DNA of 64,000 bases from Lentisphaeria bacterium (GTDB lineage Bacteria; Verrucomicrobiota; Lentisphaeria; Victivallales; UBA1829). The stretch is from the NCBI GenBank assembly GCA_017646015.1, contig JAGCNI010000031.1, positions 7,813 to 71,812 on the forward strand, written 5' to 3'. Shown piece after piece: positions 19,063 to 27,104 of the stretch. The position numbers were made by a program, and so were the translations under genes. Within the stretch, counting starts at the first letter, position 1. Each line of letters opens with the position of its first letter. The notes under the pieces were generated by a model. The model was not told where the DNA came from and did no database searches. It saw only the letters and a list, made by a program, of their open reading frames with translations.

Positions 19063-20234
19063 CAACCGAAACAGAAAACAGAGTCATCTATCTTGACAAT
19101 AATGCAACCACAGCAGTTGCCCCGGAAGTCTTCGAGGCAATGACTCCGTTTCTGACCCGTCTGTACGGCAATCCTTCCAGTATTCACAACTTCGGCGGAC
19201 AGGTCGCAGCACATATTGAAAATGCAAGAGAACAGCTGGCAGCTTTGATCGGTGCCGCTCCGACGGAAGTGATTTTCACCTCCTGCGGTACTGAAAGTGA
19301 CAATGCGGCGATCCGCAGCGCACTGGATTTCTGTCCGAAACGGGATAAGATCGTTGTTTCCAAAGTGGAACATCCCGCCGTTCTCAATTTGGCAAAAGAT
19401 CTGGAACGCCGCGGATATCGGATCAGCCATATTCCGGTGGATACAAAAGGACGTCTGGATATGGAACGGGCGAAAGAAATGATCGACGATCAGACCGCAG
19501 TCGTATCTGTCATGTGGGCAAATAATGAAACCGGAAATATTTATCCGGTCGCTGAATTGGGCGAACTGGCTCATAAAAACGGAGCTCTCTTCCATACCGA
19601 TGCAGTGCAGGCTGTCGGAAAAATTCCTATAGACCTTGCTCAGCTCCCCATTGACTTCCTCAGTCTCTCCGGTCATAAACTCCATGCGCCCAAAGGGGTC
19701 GGAGCTCTCTATGTCAAACGCGGCGTTCGTTTCCGTCCGTTTGTAGTCGGCGGACATCAGGAGAACGGACGGAGAGCCGGAACAGAAAATGTTGCTTCCA
19801 TTGTCGGACTCGGCAAAGCCGCAGAACTTGCAAAAGCCGGGATCGCCAATGAAAACACGCATGTCAAAGCCATGCGCGACAAACTGGAACAGACCATTCT
19901 CGCCACGATCCCCTCGGTTCGTGTCAATGGCGATCCGGAACACCGTCTGCCCAACACCGCCAATATCTCTTTTGAATATATCGAAGGGGAATCCATTCTG
20001 ATGTTGCTGGATATGTTCGGGATCTGTGCCTCCAGCGGCAGTGCATGTACGACCGGAAGTCTGGAACCCTCTCATGTCCTCCGGGCAATGGGAATCCCGT
20101 ACACCGCTGCACACGGCGCGATCCGTTTCAGTTTCTCCAGATACAACACCATGGAAGAAATTGATTTTGTCCTGGAAAAACTCCCCCCTGTCATCAACCG
20201 GCTCAGAGAGATTTCTCCCTATTGGAACAAATAA
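19059..20234 (+). CDS. nifS: cysteine desulfurase NifS
   Basis: Class V aminotransferase with VIYLDNNATT, the PLP-Lys motif SLSGHKLHAPKGVGALYV and the catalytic loop SSGSACT. The start overlaps nifU by 4 nt. Confidence 0.95.
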   Translation: MTTETENRVIYLDNNATTAVAPEVFEAMTPFLTRLYGNPSSIHNFGGQVAAHIENAREQLAALIGAAPTEVIFTSCGTESDNAAIRSALDFCPKRDKIVVSKVEHPAVLNLAKDLERRGYRISHIPVDTKGRLDMERAKEMIDDQTAVVSVMWANNETGNIYPVAELGELAHKNGALFHTDAVQAVGKIPIDLAQLPIDFLSLSGHKLHAPKGVGALYVKRGVRFRPFVVGGHQENGRRAGTENVASIVGLGKAAELAKAGIANENTHVKAMRDKLEQTILATIPSVRVNGDPEHRLPNTANISFEYIEGESILMLLDMFGICASSGSACTTGSLEPSHVLRAMGIPYTAAHGAIRFSFSRYNTMEEIDFVLEKLPPVINRLREISPYWNK

Positions 20235-20248
20235 GCTGATCGGCAATC

Positions 20249-20297
20249 AAAAAACAACAGGATCATCTGCTCTGCCGGTGATCCTGTTTTTATTTTT
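20249..20297. terminator. bidirectional rho-independent terminator between nifS and uvrC
   Basis: The 10-bp stem aacaggatca (20256-20265) / tgatcctgtt (20279-20288) is flanked by an A-run upstream and ttttatttttatt downstream, between convergent genes. Confidence 0.7.
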
Positions 20298-21792
20298 ATT
20301 GGATATCAAAATCGCCGCTGGTGGGATGCTTCACCAGATAATCCACGATCTGCTCTGCAATATCAAGCCCGATCCCCTCGGCTTTGGCTGCGATCTGTTC
20401 TGCGGATGCCTTACGCAAACGGGTAACAGAACCGAATGCCTGAAGAAGGGCCTGTTTACGAACTTCTCCGATACACGGTATCTCATCCAGAATCGAATCC
20501 CGGATCGTCCGCAGACGCAATGCCCGGTGATAGGTGATCGCAAAACGATGGGATTCATCCCGGATCGCCTGCAATAATTTCAGAGCCGGACGGTCTTTGC
20601 TGATAATGATCGGTTCGGAATATCCCGGAATGAAAACCTCTTCATTGCGTTTTGCAAGACCGATCACAGGAAACGGCGGACAACGCAAAGCAACCAGTGC
20701 ATCGATCGCATAAGAAAGCTGTCCTTTGCCCCCGTCAACGATCATCAAATCCGGCATCGGCTGATTTTCATTCAAAAGCCGGGTGAAATGACGGGTGATG
20801 ATCTCGCGCATCATGGCAAAGTCATTGGCTCCCTGTACCGTCCGGATCCGGAAACGTTTATAATTGTTTTTTGAAGGTCGCCCCCCCTTGAAACAAACCA
20901 TGGAAGCGACTGACAATGTTCCGGAAATATTGGAGTTGTCAAAACAGATCATTGTTTCCGGAGGTGTCTTCAGTTTCAACGCCTCCTGCAAATCCCGCAC
21001 TGCCGCCTCGCCATCGATCCCCGGCGGAATCACTGCATTCGCAAATGTCCGGGTCCGGATCCCATACAGCGATTCAATATTTTTTGCAATATCACGGTAT
21101 AATGCGGCTTTTTCAAAATCCCGTTTGGCAGCATGATCCATCATCTTGTTTTTTAATAAGGCTGTCAGTTCCACGGTGTCCCCGTTCAATACTGAAATCA
21201 GAGAATCCACACGGGAACGGTATTCCTCTTCAGAAACTTTTCCGACACAGGGACAGCAGCAATCCCGGACAGTTCCGGAAAGACAATGTGCATACTCCTC
21301 CGGTCCGGGTGAAAAATAACGGCAGGTCCGCAGACCGAAATATCTCGACAGAAACTCCATGGTCTGTTTCAATGCCCCGCCATTCGGAAAGGGGCCGAAA
21401 TAAAGACAGGAATCATCCTTTTTGAGACGCGCCAGCTTGGGACGCGGAAAACGTTCTGTCAAATCAATTTTCAATAACGGCATGCGTTTATCATCCCGCA
21501 GCAAAATATTATATTTGGGAGCATACTCTTTGATCAAACGGGATTCCAGCAATAAAGATTCATCTTCACTCCGGACAGTGATACACTCCCAGGAATCAAT
21601 GGAATTGATCAGAGAACGCAGTTTCGGATCGGCATGAGTCTCACGCGAAGGCTGGAAATATTGCGACATGCGACGCCGGAGATTCGACGCTTTTCCGACA
21701 TAGATGACCGTACCGAAAACATCTCTGTAAATATAGACCCCCGGGCGGGCTGGAATATCTCCCGGATGAAACACTATTTTCCGGATCGCCAT
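20296..21792 (-). CDS. uvrC: excinuclease ABC subunit C
   Basis: GIY-YIG domain (PGVYIYRD..VIYVGKASNLRRRMSQYF), UVR domain (KRDFEKAALYRDIAKNIESL), endonuclease domain and C-terminal (HhH)2. The track start at 21801 is TTG; ATG 21792 is preferred. Confidence 0.93.
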   Translation of the reverse strand: MAIRKIVFHPGDIPARPGVYIYRDVFGTVIYVGKASNLRRRMSQYFQPSRETHADPKLRSLINSIDSWECITVRSEDESLLLESRLIKEYAPKYNILLRDDKRMPLLKIDLTERFPRPKLARLKKDDSCLYFGPFPNGGALKQTMEFLSRYFGLRTCRYFSPGPEEYAHCLSGTVRDCCCPCVGKVSEEEYRSRVDSLISVLNGDTVELTALLKNKMMDHAAKRDFEKAALYRDIAKNIESLYGIRTRTFANAVIPPGIDGEAAVRDLQEALKLKTPPETMICFDNSNISGTLSVASMVCFKGGRPSKNNYKRFRIRTVQGANDFAMMREIITRHFTRLLNENQPMPDLMIVDGGKGQLSYAIDALVALRCPPFPVIGLAKRNEEVFIPGYSEPIIISKDRPALKLLQAIRDESHRFAITYHRALRLRTIRDSILDEIPCIGEVRKQALLQAFGSVTRLRKASAEQIAAKAEGIGLDIAEQIVDYLVKHPTSGDFDIQ

Positions 21793-21874
21793 AATCCCCA
21801 AAACCTCTTAATTATTATTACATGACAGATAAAGTAACATAACAGGAATGTCCGAAAAAACAATACCAACTCTT

Positions 21875-21932
21875 GAAAAAAAAGATTTTTTCCAAAAAAA
21901 TATGAAAAAAAACGATTTTTTAGCAAAAAAAG
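21875..21932. repeat. tandem ~29-30-bp A-tract/T-tract unit (gaaaaaaaa[c]gattttttNNcaaaaaaaNN x2)
   Basis: 21875-21903 and 21904-21932 are near-identical copies. They lie in the uvrC / pilus-like operon divergent intergenic region. Confidence 0.8.
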
Positions 21933-21944
21933 CAGAACATTCAC

Positions 21945-21973
21945 TTGACATATTCACTTTGAAAATGTATCTT
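21945..21973 (+). promoter_or_regulatory. candidate promoter of the pilus-like operon (TTGACA-N17-TATCTT)
   Basis: A perfect -35 ttgaca at 21945-21950, a 17-nt spacer and a -10 tatctt at 21968-21973. It lies about 55 nt upstream of ATG 22029. Confidence 0.35.
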
Positions 21974-22028
21974 GCTTATCGTGTGTTTATGTAAATCACT
22001 AAAAGTGTGTTTTCAGGAGAAAAAAACG

Positions 22029-22790
22029 ATGAAAAAAATAGTATTCGGAGCATTGATGCTGTTCTGCTGCATGGGGGCGATTTCTCTTCATGCCCAGCGC
22101 AAAGAGACATCTTTCGGTATCCCCGCAAGTTCAGTTACAGTCAATGTCTCTCTGCAGAAAGCACCGGTTTTCTCCATTGACAGCAAAAAAGTTTCCCCCG
22201 GACGCAGTGGAAATCTCGGCAGTTTTTCCAAAGTCTGGCTGGTCAATGAAGTCACATTTTCTTTCCAACTGACCAAAGACATCAGACGTTATGAAGCATA
22301 TCCGGTCAATGCACTCTCCATTGAAATGTATATCTGTGTACCGACCACCGGCAGGAATCCCTCCCTGCGCTGGTTCTATGGAGAACAGAAGCTGAATACT
22401 CTTGTTATCGCTCCGGCATACAAATCTCAGCGTTTCATGGCATCCCTTTTCATGCCGCCCTGTTATGTATTCCCTTATCTTCCTAAAGATAAAAATGGAA
22501 AATACAATCTGAAAAATCTCGAAGGCGTGGTCATTTTTAAAGACATCAATGGCAGAATCCTGGGGAAAAAAGCATTCTCCTACACCAAAAAGCTCAATAC
22601 GAAACGGGCTGATGCCCTTTTCTCCAGTGTGGAACGCCTGCAGCAACAGTTGCCGATCATGCTTTGGCCGCGGGAAAAAACTCCATGGGAATGGGTCGAT
22701 GCAGATCGCTTTGAACTGCCTTTGACTGCAATCGCCAATGAAAAAACTGTCGAAACAAAAACCGTTTCTGAAGACAAGGAAGGTAAATAA
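22029..22790 (+). CDS. secreted hypothetical protein, first gene of pilus-like operon (Amuc_1102 position)
   Basis: Sec signal peptide MKKIVFGALMLFCCMGAISLHA|Q, with the SD caggaga 9 nt upstream of ATG 22029. The track start at 21972 is TTG inside the promoter candidate. The mature part looks beta-rich. No prepilin (class III) signal is present. Confidence 0.7.
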   Translation: MKKIVFGALMLFCCMGAISLHAQRKETSFGIPASSVTVNVSLQKAPVFSIDSKKVSPGRSGNLGSFSKVWLVNEVTFSFQLTKDIRRYEAYPVNALSIEMYICVPTTGRNPSLRWFYGEQKLNTLVIAPAYKSQRFMASLFMPPCYVFPYLPKDKNGKYNLKNLEGVVIFKDINGRILGKKAFSYTKKLNTKRADALFSSVERLQQQLPIMLWPREKTPWEWVDADRFELPLTAIANEKTVETKTVSEDKEGK

Positions 22791-22793
22791 TAT

Positions 22794-24581
22794 ATGGCTG
22801 CTCTCGATTTAGTATTATGTCTTGATATAGGTGCAAACAGCATCAAAGCTGCGGAGTTCTCATACACGCAGACAGGTGAACTGTTGTTGGAACGTTTTGC
22901 CTTTGAAGAATATGGGATCCCCTCCGGTCCTTTCCAGGATATCCTCGAAGGGAATATGGATGACCAGCTTCAGGAAGCCCTGATTAAAGTTATCAAAGAA
23001 AATAATTTTCAGGCGAAAAAAGTCAATATCTCTTTCACCGGACACGATGCGTATATCCGTTTCGTCAAAGTCCCTTCCATGGTGAATGATGAAAAGAAGA
23101 TTAAACAGATCATCGAATACGAAGCACAGAGTGCCATTCCTTATGAAATGAATGAAGTCGTACTCAGCTCACAGCTCCTCAATGTCACCGATGACAACGG
23201 GGAAATCGAAGCAATGTTCGTAATCGTCAAGAGTGAACGGATCGAAAAAATCACCGAATGGGTCGAAGCTCTCGGCAAGGAAGTCTCCCTGATCGAAGTC
23301 GCCCCCACAGCCTGTTACAACGCCGCTCGTCTCAGTGGTGTCGGTGATGCCAACTGTGAATTGATTCTTGATATCGGCAGCCGCAGTTCCTCCCTGCTCT
23401 TTGTTGACAAAGGCAGACTGTTCATCCGCGTGATTCCGATCGCCGGACACAATATCACGCAGCAGATCAGTAAAGAATTCAGCATTTCCTATCAGGAAGC
23501 AGAAGAAATGAAACGCCGTCACGGTTTCGTTGCACTCGGAGGCGCATACGAAGAACCTGAATCAGAAGTTGCAGCAACTGTTTCCAAAATCGTCCGTAAC
23601 GTAATGACACGTCTCCACGGGGAAATCAGCCGCTCTATCAATATCTACCGTTCCCAGCAGAAAGGTCGCAAGCCGGAAAAACTGTATCTCTCCGGGGGCA
23701 GTTCTGTTATGGGATATATGCCGCGTTTCTTCCAGGAAAAACTCCGCCTTCCGGTCGAATATTTCAACCCGTTCAAAACCATTGCTATCAGTCAGGAAAT
23801 CAATAAAGAACAACTCGCTGACGTGGCTCACATGTTTGCAGATCCCATCGGACTTTCTCTCCGTCATGCAATGCAATGCCCGGTTGAAATCTCTCTCGTT
23901 CCGAGATCACGCCAGAAAATTCTGGAATTCAAAGCAAAAAATCCCTATTTCTATGCTTCAGCAGCAACCCTGCTTCTCTGTCTGCTCGTGACATTCTTCG
24001 GATTCAATCAGCAGCTTAAGATCGCTGATACGAAAAAGGATATCGCAGAAAAACAGATGAAAAAGACCAAATCCATGGTCTCCCGTTTGAAAAGCGCAGA
24101 AAATGATTTCTCCTCCGTTCGCAGTGACTATGAAGAAGCTGCCAAAATCCTGGAAGAAAGAAAACGCTGGCCGAATGTCATGAACGAAGCCCTCAATATC
24201 CTCCCGGATAATATGTGGCTCACAAAATTCCAACTTTCCACAAAAGATCCTGCCAAAATAGCCCAGGCGGCAGCTCAAAACCCCGGAGGTATGGGGGATG
24301 ACAGCCTGTTCGGAAACATGGGCGGCATGGGTATGGAAGGCGGCGAAGGTCAGGCTGCTGTCAAAGACTATATCTCCGTGGAACTTGCCGGTCATGGACT
24401 CGTCAAAAGCACAAACTTCCTCGAACGTCTTACAAAAAGACTTGGCAACTCCAAGTTCTTTGTTTTCGATAACAAAAAAGACAGAATCGATAAACTCGTG
24501 GATGGTGTGTTCATGGAAGGCGCATACAATGTGGCTACATTTGAACTGACTCTGAAACTCAAAGAGACGATCAAAAAATAA
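22794..24581 (+). CDS. PilM-like actin-fold protein fused to TM helix and PilN-like periplasmic domain
   Basis: Residues 1-~360 are PilM-like (LCLDIGANSIKAAEF, IIEYEAQSAIPYEMNEV, LILDIGSRSSSLLFV, IAGHNITQQISKEF). A TM helix (YASAATLLLCLLVTFFGF) and a coiled coil follow. The C-terminal alpha/beta domain carries a Gly/Met-rich insert. Confidence 0.8.
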   Translation: MAALDLVLCLDIGANSIKAAEFSYTQTGELLLERFAFEEYGIPSGPFQDILEGNMDDQLQEALIKVIKENNFQAKKVNISFTGHDAYIRFVKVPSMVNDEKKIKQIIEYEAQSAIPYEMNEVVLSSQLLNVTDDNGEIEAMFVIVKSERIEKITEWVEALGKEVSLIEVAPTACYNAARLSGVGDANCELILDIGSRSSSLLFVDKGRLFIRVIPIAGHNITQQISKEFSISYQEAEEMKRRHGFVALGGAYEEPESEVAATVSKIVRNVMTRLHGEISRSINIYRSQQKGRKPEKLYLSGGSSVMGYMPRFFQEKLRLPVEYFNPFKTIAISQEINKEQLADVAHMFADPIGLSLRHAMQCPVEISLVPRSRQKILEFKAKNPYFYASAATLLLCLLVTFFGFNQQLKIADTKKDIAEKQMKKTKSMVSRLKSAENDFSSVRSDYEEAAKILEERKRWPNVMNEALNILPDNMWLTKFQLSTKDPAKIAQAAAQNPGGMGDDSLFGNMGGMGMEGGEGQAAVKDYISVELAGHGLVKSTNFLERLTKRLGNSKFFVFDNKKDRIDKLVDGVFMEGAYNVATFELTLKLKETIKK

Positions 24582-24596
24582 GGGAATACTGCTTCT

Positions 24597-25859
24597 ATGA
24601 ACTACTTTATCAAGAAAAATATCATCTTCGTAATCGTCTGTTCGATTACTCTCATTGCATCCATATTCCTGATCTATCTTGACTTGGCGAAACATTCCGA
24701 AATCGTTGCCGCCAACGAAGTCACTTTGAAAAATCAGCAAGACCATGACAACGCCTACCGTAAAGGCAATAAACCGGTCGAACTGAATATCGAAATGATC
24801 AAGAAAGATACCGAAACTCTCCGGAAAAAAACAGAAGAACTCCAGCGCATTTTCGGCAAACCCTACCGGAAAGCCATGCAGAATTTTGCAAAAAATCTCA
24901 ACTATTCTGAAAATGAATTGTATGCCATCTTCAAAGAACTCTATCAGAATCCGGATGAACAGAATAAAACCGCTGAAAATCTGGTTTCAAAACTCTTCAA
25001 AAAAATGGAAGAAGATAAAACCAAAAATCTGACAAAAGAAAAAATCGAAGACGCTCTGCACAAATTTATCGCAGAAGTTCAGAAAAATACTGTGGAAGAT
25101 TTGACCTACGAATCCGGACGTGCGATCCTCGCTTCCGCTCTCGGACTCCAGAGAAATATGAATGCCGCTATGACTCATGTGTACCTGACTCAGATGCAGA
25201 ATAACTTCTACAAACAGCGTTTGATCCCCGGTGTCAAAACCCTGCAGGAAGTTCAGGATTTCACTTTCAATCAGTTCACTCAGACTCTCCCCAGCGGCGA
25301 TGCCATCCCCGATATTCTGAATACCATGCCTATCTTTGAAGATATCTTCTTCAGAATGAAAAATGCAAAACTGACATCCGTTGACAAATTCTCCCGTTCC
25401 AAACCGGTCAAACTTTCTGATAAATATGATTCTTATGAATTCAAAATGGATATCACCGGCTCCTTGGAATCCATCAGAACATTTATCAATGATCTCCAGA
25501 ACGCATATCTGGCAAACCGTGTTTATGTCATCACCTGGATCGCAATCGAAGCTAAAAAATCCACTGATGAAGTCGATAGTATCAGAAAACAGCTCATGGG
25601 CGAAGAAAATGCAAACGACCAGAACCGTAATATAATGAATAACGATCGTTTCGGCAGACAGCAGCGCAACAGAAATGTCAATAACAACAATATGAATTCC
25701 CGCAAAAGAAACCGTAAAGCCAGACAGCAGTTGGATCAGGCTGAAATCGAAATGCAGTCGTCCTATGGTAAAACAGTTATCGGAATCGAAAAAAATGTCA
25801 ACGCAACAGTTGAATTCAAATATTATGTCTTCACTGGCGATTGGCTGAAACCGGAATAA
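24597..25859 (+). CDS. bitopic coiled-coil protein, PilO-like / Amuc_1100-like architecture
   Basis: It has an N-terminal TM helix (IIFVIVCSITLIASIFLIYL), a long helical region and a ferredoxin-like motif (MDITGSLESIRTFINDLQNAYLANRVYVITWIAIEA). An Asn/Arg/Gln-rich low-complexity stretch and a terminal beta-strand segment (VNATVEFKYYVF) follow. Confidence 0.65.
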   Translation: MNYFIKKNIIFVIVCSITLIASIFLIYLDLAKHSEIVAANEVTLKNQQDHDNAYRKGNKPVELNIEMIKKDTETLRKKTEELQRIFGKPYRKAMQNFAKNLNYSENELYAIFKELYQNPDEQNKTAENLVSKLFKKMEEDKTKNLTKEKIEDALHKFIAEVQKNTVEDLTYESGRAILASALGLQRNMNAAMTHVYLTQMQNNFYKQRLIPGVKTLQEVQDFTFNQFTQTLPSGDAIPDILNTMPIFEDIFFRMKNAKLTSVDKFSRSKPVKLSDKYDSYEFKMDITGSLESIRTFINDLQNAYLANRVYVITWIAIEAKKSTDEVDSIRKQLMGEENANDQNRNIMNNDRFGRQQRNRNVNNNNMNSRKRNRKARQQLDQAEIEMQSSYGKTVIGIEKNVNATVEFKYYVFTGDWLKPE

Positions 25860-25877
25860 AACAGGGGTGATTTTTCC

Positions 25878-27092
25878 ATGATTAAAGCATTTTTCACAAA
25901 ACATTATGAAAAAATAGTACTTGCAGGACTGTTGACCGTATTTATCTCTCTGCTCGCTCTCCAGCTCGCTCTCTGGAATGAAAGTGAACAGATCAAAGTC
26001 GAACGCTTGAAAACATTTGTCCCGCCACCGCCGAACTATGAAAAAGTCAAATTCGACAGTTCTTACAATATCCTGGCTGAACTGAAAATCCATCCGAAAT
26101 GGAATGCACCCCATTCCCGCGATGGTGAAAAGGAATTCACAGACCTGATGACCCCGTATGATATGGCTCTCTGCCCTTACTGCGAACATATCATCCCCGC
26201 AGCTGCTTTCCCGAAACCCAATACTCTGGACAGCAGCAAATGCCCCTTCTGTCAGAAAGTCCTCAGAGCTCCCCTCAGCTCCGAACGGAATGCCAATATC
26301 GATACGGACGGTGACGGCATCCCGGATAAAGATGAAACAACTCTCGGACTCAATCCCGAAGACCGTACCGACGGCAGCAGCGATGCTGACGCCGACGGAT
26401 TCACCAACTATGAAGAATATATCGCAAAAACAAAGCTGAACGACCCCAAAAGCCGTCCCGCTTATCATGAAAAATTCGATATCATTGAAATCAGTAAAGC
26501 AAAATTGCCGTTCACTTTGAAAAATGTCACTTTCACGGACCGGAAAGATGTGAAATCTGCCAATGTCCAGTTCGAGATTATCGTCCGTCGTACCACCAGA
26601 GGATACAGATCCAAAAATGAAATGCTCAAATTGGAGAATTCCTTCCAGACTCTGGCAGGATATTTCACAATCGTTGAAATCATCCCGGGCTTCCGCAAAC
26701 GTTCCAACGGTATCGAAGAAAATATCTCCTCCGTCAAAGTCAAAAAAGTTGCTACCAACGAAATCATCTCTCTCGAAATCGGAAAACCTGCTTATGAATT
26801 GAAAGAAAAAGTGATCCTCCGCACAGGTCTGACCGGATTCGGCAGAGCTGAACGTGAACTTTATATGAATTCTAAATTGGAAGTGGGTTCTCTCAAAACC
26901 AATAAAGATGCTTATGAAGTCGTTGGAATCGATCAGGCTAAGGGCTCCATTACTCTGAAATACGAAAAAGATGGCAAAAGCTATACGATCGAAAAGAAGA
27001 GTATGATGCAGAAGACTCTGGACAGCGTGAAACGTCCGCCGAGACCGCCGCGCTCCCGTCAGAACAGAAATAATAATGATAATTTAAGATAA
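25878..27092 (+). CDS. bitopic protein with CxxC..CxxC zinc ribbon and Asp-rich calcium-binding-type repeats (PilP position; Amuc_1099 position)
   Basis: It has an N-terminal TM helix (IVLAGLLTVFISLLALQLAL), CPYC(x19)CPFC, and DTDGDGIPDKDE...DGSSDADADGFTNYEEY (thrombospondin-type-3-like). The C-terminal half is beta-rich and the tail is Arg/Pro/Asn-rich. Confidence 0.65.
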   Translation: MIKAFFTKHYEKIVLAGLLTVFISLLALQLALWNESEQIKVERLKTFVPPPPNYEKVKFDSSYNILAELKIHPKWNAPHSRDGEKEFTDLMTPYDMALCPYCEHIIPAAAFPKPNTLDSSKCPFCQKVLRAPLSSERNANIDTDGDGIPDKDETTLGLNPEDRTDGSSDADADGFTNYEEYIAKTKLNDPKSRPAYHEKFDIIEISKAKLPFTLKNVTFTDRKDVKSANVQFEIIVRRTTRGYRSKNEMLKLENSFQTLAGYFTIVEIIPGFRKRSNGIEENISSVKVKKVATNEIISLEIGKPAYELKEKVILRTGLTGFGRAERELYMNSKLEVGSLKTNKDAYEVVGIDQAKGSITLKYEKDGKSYTIEKKSMMQKTLDSVKRPPRPPRSRQNRNNNDNLR

Positions 27093-27104
27093 GGACAACA
27101 AACT

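Noticed and set aside
16924-20246. 713-aa (16924..19065) and 490-aa (18774..20246) minus-strand ORFs over proS, nifU and nifS.
   Set aside because: They are shadows of three confidently identified plus-strand genes. They overlap each other and have biased composition.
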